Source: a virus. From it: 36,444 nucleotides of DNA. Positions 6,398 to 13,038 of this stretch are shown here, piece after piece. The stretch spans positions 1 through 36,444 of the IMG/VR virus record IMGVR_UViG_3300045988_155528; one strand, 5' to 3'. Within the stretch, counting starts at the first letter, position 1. Every line of letters starts with the position of its first letter. Position numbers and translations under genes: made by a program. The notes under the pieces are model-generated. The model did no database searches and was not told the DNA's origin. It worked only from the letters and a program-made list of their open reading frames with translations.

Positions 6398-7591
6398 TTA
6401 AGTATCTTGAAAAGTATCTTGAGAGCTGAAGGCAGCAAGCACAGATTTTGCGGTATCTTCCGGGCGATTTTGCATCAGATGCGCGTATATATTCAGCGTG
6501 ATCGCCGCCGTAGCGTGACCGGCGAGATACTGCGCCGTCTTGACATCAGCTCCGGACAAGATGAGCTCGGAAATGTATGTGTGCCGCAGCAGGTGCCGCG
6601 TTACATGGAAGTCAAAGGCAACCTTGATATCTCTGTACGGGACATCGTCCCCGACCTTCAGCTCTTTTGTGATCGTCTTGCCCTTGTTTTTGTTGTCCTT
6701 ATAGGTCACGGTGTGAACCTCGCGCACGGCGACGGCCTCCCATTCGTGCCGGAAGGACATGCTTGTATGAGGCGATCCGTCCCGGCGGCAGCAGACATAG
6801 CCGCTGTCGCGCCTGACGCTGCGCAGATGCTCCGTCAGAACGGGCGGTATCGGGACATCACGCCGCGCAGATTTGCTCTTGAGAGTATCCGTCAGAACGG
6901 GCTGGTTGTGCTCCCATCGTAGAGCACGGCGGACACGGATGTGAGGAGCCTTGCCGTCGAGGTCGACGCAGTCCCATTGCAGCCCCAGCGCCTCCTCCCT
7001 ACGGAGTCCGGCATACATACAGAGCATGACGAAAGTCAGTATACGCTCCCCTTGCAGCTCTTTAATGAGCGCGGCCTGCTGTTCTTTCGTCAGCGCGACC
7101 TTTTCGGGAGGCTTGCTGCCGCCGGCTTTAAGCCCCCGGCACGGAGAGCGGCTGATCAGCTCGTTCTCCTCAGCTGCTGCAAACATCATCTTGAGCGTCG
7201 TGACGATCTTCTGCTGGCTCGCTTTCGACAGATTCGCCGCGGCCAGCATTACGGCGCGGATGTTATCCGGCTTCACCTCATCGAGACGCATCTGACCGAT
7301 GACTGGGCAGATATGGTTATTTATCGCGTTCCTGTGGCTCTGCCGCCCGCTGGAGGACAGCCCGGCGGTGTTCAGCTCGTACCACTTCGCAGCGTACTCA
7401 AATACATACGGCGACTGCGGGTTTTCCATCTCGGCAAACTCCGCCTCTTTTTCGCGCAGGCGCTCACGCAGCTCAGCTTTTGTCTTACCGTAAATCGCAA
7501 GCCACTTGCCAGTCTGCGGGTTTTTTATTTGCTTTTTATAATACTTCTTTTCCTCGACCCATGTAAACTCCGGGCGATTATTCTTCGGCAA
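6398..7591 (-). CDS. int: Tyrosine recombinase / phage integrase
   Basis: 397 aa with a TTG start after GGGAG. The C-terminal catalytic region contains ARR..., HLLRHTYISELI, LAGHATAAITLNIYAHL (R..HxxR..Y pattern). It is adjacent to the tRNA-derived attP. Confidence 0.95.
   Translation of the reverse strand: MPKNNRPEFTWVEEKKYYKKQIKNPQTGKWLAIYGKTKAELRERLREKEAEFAEMENPQSPYVFEYAAKWYELNTAGLSSSGRQSHRNAINNHICPVIGQMRLDEVKPDNIRAVMLAAANLSKASQQKIVTTLKMMFAAAEENELISRSPCRGLKAGGSKPPEKVALTKEQQAALIKELQGERILTFVMLCMYAGLRREEALGLQWDCVDLDGKAPHIRVRRALRWEHNQPVLTDTLKSKSARRDVPIPPVLTEHLRSVRRDSGYVCCRRDGSPHTSMSFRHEWEAVAVREVHTVTYKDNKNKGKTITKELKVGDDVPYRDIKVAFDFHVTRHLLRHTYISELILSGADVKTAQYLAGHATAAITLNIYAHLMQNRPEDTAKSVLAAFSSQDTFQDT
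6401..6421 (+). repeat. Two more copies of AGTATCTTG (candidate P' arm sites) inside the 3' end of int
   Basis: Copies at 6401 and 6413. The stretch 6402-6426 nearly duplicates 6161-6184. Confidence 0.55.
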
Positions 7592-7606
7592 TATTCTTTC
7601 ACTCCC

Positions 7607-7659
7607 TACGTAAAAATACGTAAGTTTTGCTTGACATACGTAATGTTACGTGTTATAAT
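7607..7659 (+). promoter_or_regulatory. Consensus promoter (TTGACA-17-TATAAT) for hicAB, overlapped by TACGTAA operator-like repeats
   Basis: TTGACA at 7631-7636 and TATAAT at 7654-7659. TACGTAA occurs at 7607, 7617 and 7637, with an inverted TTACGTG at 7646. Confidence 0.7.
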
Positions 7660-7692
7660 ATAGTTACAGAGGATAAGAAAGGACGTGAGCAC

Positions 7693-7878
7693 ATAAAATA
7701 CAGCGAGTTGGAACGAGAGCTAAAAAAGGCCGGGTGCTACATCCTGAAAGAAGGTGGCAACCATTCAATATGGTTCAGCCCAGTGAGCGGCCAGAAGTTC
7801 ACAGTACCCCGGCACAAGACACAGGACGTCCCGAAGGGGACGCTGAAATCAATCAGGACGGCTGCGGGGCTTGAATAA
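7693..7878 (+). CDS. hicA: HicA-family toxin (mRNA interferase), apparent non-canonical ATA start
   Basis: (I)KYSELERELKKAGCYILKEGGNHSIWFSP...FTVPRHKTQDVPKGTLKSIRTAAGLE matches the Firmicute HicA layout, which normally starts MKYSE. No ATG or GTG lies between the -10 box and this point. An in-frame TTG at 7708 is the alternative start. Confidence 0.7.
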   Translation: MKYSELERELKKAGCYILKEGGNHSIWFSPVSGQKFTVPRHKTQDVPKGTLKSIRTAAGLE

Positions 7879-7913
7879 AGCCCCATAGCCATCAAAGAAA
7901 GGAGACCAAACAC

Positions 7914-8309
7914 ATGGCGAAATATGTTTACCCTGCAATATTTACGCAGGAGGAAGAAGGTGGGTTCTCTATCCGGTTCCCTGACATTCCCGGGTGCTAT
8001 ACATCGGCCGAGACTATCGACGAGGGTATCTCAATGGCGAACGACGCGCTTTGCCTTATGCTTTACGACATGGAAGAAAACGGCGAAACTCCGCCCGTGC
8101 CCTCTAAGATCACCAATGTAGCCGTCGGCAGCGGCGAATTTGCAACGCTCATCGCCTGCGACACCATCGAGTACCGCAAGTTTTACGACAACCGAGCCGT
8201 AAAGAAAACACTCAGCATCCCCTCGTGGCTCAATACGATGGCAGAGCGCGAGAATATCAACTTTTCCGCAGTCCTCCAGCAGGCACTGAAAGCAGAACTG
8301 AAACTCTAA
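7914..8309 (+). CDS. hicB: HicB-family antitoxin with C-terminal RHH-type DNA-binding tail
   Basis: The N-terminus YPAIFTQEEEGGFSIRFPDIPGCYTSAETIDEGISMANDAL is typical of HicB. The C-terminus is KKTLSIPSWLNTMAERENINFSAVLQQALKAEL. Confidence 0.9.
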   Translation: MAKYVYPAIFTQEEEGGFSIRFPDIPGCYTSAETIDEGISMANDALCLMLYDMEENGETPPVPSKITNVAVGSGEFATLIACDTIEYRKFYDNRAVKKTLSIPSWLNTMAERENINFSAVLQQALKAELKL

Positions 8310-8313
8310 AAAT

Positions 8314-8330
8314 GTGCCCGAATCGGGCAC
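8314..8330. repeat. Palindrome copy 2: GTGCCCGAATCGGGCAC
   Basis: Perfect copy, extending to 19 bp at 8313-8331, located 4 nt after the hicB stop. Confidence 0.95.
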
Positions 8331-8375
8331 AAAAAAAGAAGTAACCGCCCTGGCTCCAACCCGGCGGTTACTTCT
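8331..8375 (-). terminator. Rho-independent terminator (13-bp stem), strongest on the minus strand
   Basis: AGAAGTAACCGCC (8337-8349) pairs with GGCGGTTACTTCT (8363-8375). On the minus strand it is followed by TTTTTT. Confidence 0.6.
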
Positions 8376-8431
8376 CTGTTTCAGTCCTGTCTTGTTATCA
8401 TTGGTATTTGCAACCTGTTAATACAGGCACA

Positions 8432-8478
8432 TAAAAAGAAGTAATCGCCGTTCCCTCTCAATATTCGGCGAGCACTTC
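8432..8478 (-). terminator. Rho-independent terminator of the 9438-8533 gene
   Basis: GAAGTAATCGCCG pairs with CGGCGAGCACTTC (two internal mismatches). On the minus strand it is followed by TTTTTAT, 55 nt after the stop. Confidence 0.6.
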
Positions 8479-8532
8479 AATTTTGCATATTGCATATTGA
8501 TTATATGCGCGCCGTATGGATTTGTCAAGTTC

Positions 8533-9438
8533 TCAAGCGTCAGCTACCGCATCCCAAAAGTCAGTCTCATTGACAATCTGGATAGCCGTCCCTTTTTTCC
8601 GTAGCCGTAACGCCTCTTCGATTTTTCGACCGTAGCAAGCAAATGCCCAGCACGGATTTCCAGCGTTGCCGACGACAAGGTAATCGGTCTTTGACGATAC
8701 TCCGCTACGCGGCACACCGCCGAGTCGCGTGACCGTATCGACGAACTCTGCTCGGCTGCATTTATACGATTCGCCCGTAAAACAGAACGCGCGTCCCTCA
8801 AAGACTATGTCAGGGCACATAGCGCAGATGCCGGAAACCGAATATTTCTCGCGAAGTGCGGCAAAATCCGGTTCAATTAGATTATAAGAATCCTTGAACT
8901 CAATCAAATTGCTGATAAAGGCCATAAGCATATTGCGCTCGTCCGTGCTGACCTGCCCATCAGCTAAAGCATAGGTCGTAAGAGACATCAACTCGTCATA
9001 AGGATATACACCCGCGAGAAAATCGTTGTTATCCAGCCAAGCCTTGAGTTGCTTAATCTCTGCGTCCGACAGTTCACCGTCAGCAAGCAAGCCGTGCGCC
9101 ATCCCTGAGAGATACTGCACAGCAGAGGTGATCACGTCGTAATACGGGCTACTCTCCGCACAGTTTTCGCAAAGCCACAATATATTTTGGCGCTCCTCGA
9201 CAGTGAAAACGCCATCGACAAGAGCTTCCTCCACGGCTGGAATAAGTTCTGTAAATGGATGGCGATTGCGCAGATTAGCATGTAGATTGACCCAGTTGGA
9301 CAACTCGCGAATCTCTTCCACGGAAGCGCTACCGTCTGCCGAGATTCCGGCAACAAGACCACGCAGCATATTAACAGCCTTATGCAGTTCTGCGGGTTTG
9401 CAGAACGACCGGTAATCTTCAAGATTGGCCGTATTCAT
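8533..9438 (-). CDS. TerB-like repeat protein with C-terminal BRCT domain (301 aa)
   Basis: The N-terminal two-thirds contain repeated L.G...G..ADG....E...L..W units (for example LRGLVAGISADGSASVEEIRELSNW and LSGMAHGLLADGELSDAEIKQLKAWL). The C-terminus FEGRAFCFTGESYKCSRAEFVDTVTRLGGVPRSGVSSKTDYLVVGN...KIEEA...G..IQIVNETDFW has the BRCT pattern of LigA-type proteins. AGGAGG RBS. Confidence 0.8.
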   Translation of the reverse strand: MNTANLEDYRSFCKPAELHKAVNMLRGLVAGISADGSASVEEIRELSNWVNLHANLRNRHPFTELIPAVEEALVDGVFTVEERQNILWLCENCAESSPYYDVITSAVQYLSGMAHGLLADGELSDAEIKQLKAWLDNNDFLAGVYPYDELMSLTTYALADGQVSTDERNMLMAFISNLIEFKDSYNLIEPDFAALREKYSVSGICAMCPDIVFEGRAFCFTGESYKCSRAEFVDTVTRLGGVPRSGVSSKTDYLVVGNAGNPCWAFACYGRKIEEALRLRKKGTAIQIVNETDFWDAVADA

Positions 9439-9465
9439 CCTCGTCGCCTCCTGATAAAATCGCCG

Positions 9466-9482
9466 GTGCCCGAATCGGGCAC
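9466..9482. repeat. Palindrome copy 3: GTGCCCGAATCGGGCAC (27-bp extended palindrome 9461-9487)
   Basis: Flanked by CGCCG and CGGCG. On the minus strand it is followed by ATTTTAT, so it looks like a terminator or attenuator between two minus-strand genes. Confidence 0.95.
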
Positions 9483-9492
9483 CGGCGTGAAT

Positions 9493-10038
9493 TTATTTCC
9501 CCCGCCGCTCTTTGCGGCTTATTACAAAGAAATGCACCGTCGCGGCGACGCCGGCCGTCAGCGCAACGATCACGACCGCTCCGACTACGGACGGGGAGCC
9601 CCGCCACAGGCCGAAGTCGGGGTCTATGATATCAAGTCTCAAATACGGGACAAGCGCGATGATCGCCATCGCTGCGACGAAGGTCAGGCAGTAGATCAGC
9701 CTGTCCTTTGCCCGCAGCGCCCGCCGGTGCTGCTCATACGAACGTTCCAGCAGCTCATTTTCTCGCTTGACTGCCGCATTATCGTGCTCGAGCACCTCTA
9801 TGCGGTGCTCGTTCTCCGGAGTTTTATCCGGAATTTCAATGCCGAAATACTCGTCCAGCGACACATTGCAGACCCGGCAGATCGGGCCGACCGTGTACAC
9901 CGACGGGTCCTTTGACGCTCTCGCGAAGAATCCGTTAACCGTCGCTTCCGGTACTCCAGACAGCTCCGCGATGCGCCTGCTTGAGTTGTTCCCCTTATTT
10001 GCCCGACACAGATCTTTTAACAGCGGCTTTTCCGCCAT
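9493..10038 (-). CDS. Membrane-anchored XRE-type HTH regulator (HTH, coiled coil, two C-terminal TM helices)
   Basis: RRIAELSGVPEATVNGFFAR...VCNVSLDEYFG is HTH_3-like. The TM helices are LIYCLTFVAAMAIIALVPYL and VVGAVVIVALTAGVAATVHFFVI. The start is taken at the ATG at 10038; 10059 is also possible. Confidence 0.7.
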   Translation of the reverse strand: MAEKPLLKDLCRANKGNNSSRRIAELSGVPEATVNGFFARASKDPSVYTVGPICRVCNVSLDEYFGIEIPDKTPENEHRIEVLEHDNAAVKRENELLERSYEQHRRALRAKDRLIYCLTFVAAMAIIALVPYLRLDIIDPDFGLWRGSPSVVGAVVIVALTAGVAATVHFFVISRKERRGK

Positions 10039-10388
10039 TTTCTCGCCCCCAAAACTCATTATATCCTGATTAAGGCATCAGATACCCGAGCTTCGCGGCC
10101 ATTTGACCGCGTTTGCGCATAGACATAACCGATGATATTATGATAATGTCTAAGCGTAACAGATAGACCATAACACCGGATATCTGCTAAAGCTTCGGCC
10201 CAGGCGGCAACCAAGGCCGGAGCAATTCTACAATGAAAGGGGGCGCAAGGCCGGCAGCCCTGCGGTGTTCCTGTGCGCCGCAAATTTATTTTAGGAGGCA
10301 ACCATGGAGGACACCAGACGAAGAGACCAGATCAACCGCGTTATCAGCAAGTATCAGATCCTGCCGCCGGAAGACCGGGAGAGGGTGC

Positions 10389-10706
10389 TCACTTTCCTTG
10401 CGTCTCTAAAAGAAGATCAATGTATTCCTCCAGGCGCTGCAAGTTCCTATCGCTAAGTCTCTCCAGCTTCTGATTAAGTCCGTCGTCTTTGACGACGGGC
10501 TTTTCTTTTTTCTTGACGTCGCTCTGCCCCAATAGATAGTCAGCTGAAACATCAAAGAGTTCTGCCATCTGCCGAAGTGAATCAAAATCGGGCTCCGTTC
10601 TGTCGTTTTCCCAATTACTTATCGTGGTTTGAGCAACGTGCAGAAGATTGGCTAAGTCAGACTGTTTCAAGCCTTTTGAAATTCGCAATTCCTTGATGTT
10701 ATTCAT
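10389..10706 (-). CDS. XRE-family repressor (CI-like, no peptidase domain)
   Basis: MNNIKELRISKGLKQSDLANLLHVAQTTISNWENDRTEPDFDSLRQMAELFDVSADYLLG. The gene is divergent from the early operon. Confidence 0.85.
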   Translation of the reverse strand: MNNIKELRISKGLKQSDLANLLHVAQTTISNWENDRTEPDFDSLRQMAELFDVSADYLLGQSDVKKKEKPVVKDDGLNQKLERLSDRNLQRLEEYIDLLLETQGK

Positions 10707-10731
10707 GTGACCACATCCTATACACAATGCC

Positions 10732-10760
10732 AATTTAGCACGCGGCAGCAGATATGTCTA
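10732..10760 (-). promoter_or_regulatory. Candidate repressor-maintenance promoter
   Basis: On the minus strand: TAGACA, a 17-nt spacer, then TAAATT, about 25 nt upstream of the repressor start. Confidence 0.45.
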
Positions 10761-10783
10761 TGCGATATGCAAAAACTTCGTAG

Positions 10784-10828
10784 AATTTAATATTACCTCT
10801 TGACATATTAAATTTCTTGGTGTATTTT
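10784..10828 (+). promoter_or_regulatory. Early (lytic) promoter with flanking inverted repeat operator
   Basis: TTGACA at 10800-10805, a 17-nt spacer, then TATTTT (with TG just upstream). AATTTAATAT (10784-10793) and ATATTAAATT (10805-10814) bracket the -35 box. Another AATTTAATA lies at 10857. Confidence 0.55.
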
Positions 10829-10861
10829 AATATCAGAAAACTTAATACAAGCAAGAAATTT

Positions 10862-10895
10862 AATAAATCATAACGGAGGCGAGGGCAGGAAAATG
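10862..10895 (+). repeat. 34-bp direct repeat, copy 1 (leader, RBS and ATG)
   Basis: AATAAATCATAACGGAGGCGAGGGCAGGAAAATG is identical to 11458-11491. Confidence 0.95.
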
Positions 10896-11069
10896 ACCGA
10901 GCAGGAGTACCGGGAAACGGTGCAGCGAGAGTGCGCCGAGCGAACCCGGAATATGGAGAGAAACATAAGAAGCTTCAAGCGGAACCTCAAAGCGTTCAAC
11001 GTGATCATGATCGCGCTCGCGAGCCTCATGCTTGTCAGCTCGCTCTTGGAGATCTTCGGAGTTATATAA
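10893..11069 (+). CDS. Small tail-anchored membrane protein (58 aa)
   Basis: The ATG lies inside the repeated RBS leader. C-terminal TM helix AFNVIMIALASLMLVSSLLEIFGVI. It is below the ORF-track size cut-off. Confidence 0.45.
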   Translation: MTEQEYRETVQRECAERTRNMERNIRSFKRNLKAFNVIMIALASLMLVSSLLEIFGVI

Positions 11070-11084
11070 CCCCGAAGATCTCCA
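11047..11084. terminator. 38-bp near-perfect palindrome shared by two convergent gene ends
   Basis: TGGAGATCTTCGG-aGTTATATAACc-CCGAAGATCTCCA. Both stop codons (11067-11069 on plus, 11062-11064 on minus) lie at its centre. Confidence 0.6.
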
Positions 11085-11406
11085 GAACAAGCCTTATGAC
11101 CTCCAAGGCCAGAGCAACCCCGGCGATGATCACCGCCGACTTTGAAAGTCGGTTAGCTGTCCCGGCGCATTCCCCGGCCAGCACTGCCCGCAGATGCGTT
11201 TCATAAGCATCAAGAAGCTTATGGCTGATCGTGACCGGCGGATCGTCCTCATCAGATCGGAAGTCAATGTCGATCTCCTGTGTGTAGTAGGGTATGAACA
11301 CATTATTGAGTGCTTCGTAATCCTCAAGACCGGTCGCAGAAAGAACCGGATTGAGCTTACCGTATTCAAGAATCGCTTTACAGACTTCGGCTTGTTTATT
11401 AGTCAT
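11062..11406 (-). CDS. Tail-anchored membrane protein (114 aa) with its own promoter, antisense to the early operon
   Basis: On the minus strand, TTGCGT-17-TAATAT and an AAAGGTGG RBS lie upstream. C-terminal TM helix AVIIAGVALALEVIRLVLEIFGVI. Confidence 0.65.
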   Translation of the reverse strand: MTNKQAEVCKAILEYGKLNPVLSATGLEDYEALNNVFIPYYTQEIDIDFRSDEDDPPVTISHKLLDAYETHLRAVLAGECAGTANRLSKSAVIIAGVALALEVIRLVLEIFGVI

Positions 11407-11457
11407 GGCAACAACCACCTTTCACGGCGATATTACCACGCGGAATACATAAACGCA

Positions 11458-11491
11458 AATAAATCATAACGGAGGCGAGGGCAGGAAAATG
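11458..11491 (+). repeat. 34-bp direct repeat, copy 2
   Basis: Identical to 10862-10895. It supplies the RBS and ATG of the 11489 gene. Confidence 0.95.
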
Positions 11492-11743
11492 TACATACAT
11501 GAAGCGATTAAGAAAGCGCAGGAGAGAAACGCCGCCGGGCAGTCATGGGGATTGCGCCGCGCAGACTGGGGCGAGGATTACCTAAGCTTCGGCACGTTGT
11601 ACCAGCCCGGCAACGGACATGACACATGTGGGTTTCTAATTTTACATGGCACCTGCGTGGGTGCCTGGCAGCCCTCAACTGAGGAGCTTACCGCAGATGA
11701 TTGGAGATTGGCACCTCTCGGCGGGCCGAAAATCCGGCGCTAA
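11489..11743 (+). CDS. DUF2829 / Tad2-like small protein (candidate anti-Thoeris sponge)
   Basis: 84 aa. N-terminal (M)YIHEAIKKAQ...LRRADW and C-terminal AWQPSTEELTADDWRL match the two conserved ends of the DUF2829 family as I recall them. The CDS is solid; the family assignment is tentative. Confidence 0.55.
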   Translation: MYIHEAIKKAQERNAAGQSWGLRRADWGEDYLSFGTLYQPGNGHDTCGFLILHGTCVGAWQPSTEELTADDWRLAPLGGPKIRR

Positions 11744-11774
11744 TCAAAGCACCCCTACCACAAGGAGGCAGGAA

Positions 11775-11972
11775 ATGAAAGTATTCGTCAGTATCTTCTT
11801 TGGAGCGGCGGTGATCCTCACGGCCTACTCGAATATAGGCGCATGGCAGAGCGCGATCGTGCTCTGGAAGTACGGCAGCCGCTGGCCGGTCGTAGGCGTA
11901 GCTCTGCTGACGCTCCTGACGCTGTTCGCCTGGGCCGCAGGCTGCTACCTCATTAAGCACTATATATTTTAG
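11775..11972 (+). CDS. Small two-TM membrane protein (65 aa)
   Basis: AGGAGG RBS. Two hydrophobic helices: VFVSIFFGAAVILTAY and VVGVALLTLLTLFAWAAGCYLI. Confidence 0.6.
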   Translation: MKVFVSIFFGAAVILTAYSNIGAWQSAIVLWKYGSRWPVVGVALLTLLTLFAWAAGCYLIKHYIF

Positions 11973-12091
11973 TTTTTTCCTTTTCTATCCTCTCTATACC
12001 TTTCCCCTTGCAGCTCCCCGCGGTCTTTGCTCTTCTTTTCCCGCGGGGAGGCCTTAATGCAGCCGACGCCGGTCGCAAGCCCGGGAGCAAA

Positions 12092-12379
12092 ATGCAGAGC
12101 GAGGCAGACAGAAAGCAGGTGATGATAATGGACGAGCTCAAGAGGCTGCGCGAGGCCGCGGGACTATCCCAAGTCCAGCTTGCATTGAGACTGGGCGTGT
12201 CGCAGGGCACTATAGCACACTGGGAAATCGGCAGACGCGCTCCGCAGGCCAGGCACCTTATAAAGCTGGCGAACATCCTCGGATGCAGCGTTGACGCGCT
12301 GCTCGGACTGAACACCCAGAGCGCGGACGCAGCCCGTGACAATACAATACCTGACAGGGAGGTGCGTGTCCATGGATAA
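12092..12379 (+). CDS. XRE-family HTH regulator (Cro-like)
   Basis: LKRLREAAGLSQVQLALRLGVSQGTIAHWEIGRRAPQARHLIKLANILGCSVDALLG. The start codon is uncertain (12092 or 12122). Confidence 0.75.
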   Translation: MQSEADRKQVMIMDELKRLREAAGLSQVQLALRLGVSQGTIAHWEIGRRAPQARHLIKLANILGCSVDALLGLNTQSADAARDNTIPDREVRVHG

Positions 12380-12824
12380 GGACGCCCGGAACATCTATAA
12401 AAACGCGCGGCAGACTGCCGGTCTGACGCAGGAGCGCTGGGCGGAGCTGCTGGGGATATCCCCGGACAGCGTCCGACGGTACGAAGCCGGGGCGATGCTG
12501 CCCAGCGACGAGACGGTGCTGATGATGGCGGAGACGACGGGTATCCTCGTGCTGCCGCTGTGGCACCTCAGGGCCAAGAGTGCGATAGCGCAGGACATGC
12601 TCCCGGATGTGCCGGATGTGCCGCTGCCGCAGGCTGTGCTGAAGCTGCTGACATCGGTCAAGGCCGTGAGCGGCAGCATCGACAACCTGATACAGATCGC
12701 GTCTGACGGAATGGTCGACAACCGCGAGGAGGCGCTCTTCGAGGAGATCGCGGGCGATCTCGACGACGTTATCGAGGCGGCGATTGCCGTCAAGTGCGCG
12801 GGAGGTGCGAGGCATGCAGAGTGA
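12372..12824 (+). CDS. HTH regulator with helical C-terminal domain (150 aa)
   Basis: GGGAGG RBS. ARQTAGLTQERWAELLGISPDSVRRYEAG is HTH-like. The gene overlaps the upstream stop. Confidence 0.8.
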   Translation: MDKDARNIYKNARQTAGLTQERWAELLGISPDSVRRYEAGAMLPSDETVLMMAETTGILVLPLWHLRAKSAIAQDMLPDVPDVPLPQAVLKLLTSVKAVSGSIDNLIQIASDGMVDNREEALFEEIAGDLDDVIEAAIAVKCAGGARHAE

Positions 12825-13038
12825 CAGATATCAGGGACGCTTCCCCGGCTACACCGGGAAGAAGCTCTTCGAGGTCGAGCACCCGGTATTCGGGCGCTGC
12901 ACCGTGGTCGCACCCGACGAGAACGCGGCGTTACTGCCTGCGGCGACCTTCTGGCACACGTTCTGGGGAACGGCGGAGTTCTACGCATACGCGAAGGTAA
13001 CACGCGCAGGACTGCTGGAGAGGAGCTCCAATGGCTGA
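12814..13038 (+). CDS. Hypothetical protein (74 aa)
   Basis: GGGAGG RBS and coupled to both neighbours. Confidence 0.65.
   Translation: MQSDRYQGRFPGYTGKKLFEVEHPVFGRCTVVAPDENAALLPAATFWHTFWGTAEFYAYAKVTRAGLLERSSNG

Noticed and set aside
6029-7663. ORFs 6029..6364(-), 6407..6922(+) and 6941..7663(+)
   Set aside because: The first runs through the terminator, the tRNA fragment and the arm repeats. The other two are antisense to the integrase gene. None has a plausible RBS.
7627-7692. The TTG-7627 start for hicA given in the ORF track
   Set aside because: It lies upstream of the -35 box of the only convincing promoter, and the extra 22 residues have no counterpart in HicA proteins.
9382-9915. 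A 177-aa plus-strand ORF containing a palindrome copy (PVPESGTG)
   Set aside because: It is antisense to the well-supported HTH-TM regulator gene. It starts inside the upstream gene and has no RBS.
10059-10473. ORFs 10059..10301(-) and 10273..10473(+), and a 50-aa ORF at 10304..10456 behind an AGGAGG
   Set aside because: The first two lack RBSs and have improbable composition. The 50-aa ORF has a good RBS but overlaps the 3' end of the XRE repressor gene by 68 nt in antisense and has no other support, so it is left unannotated as unresolved.
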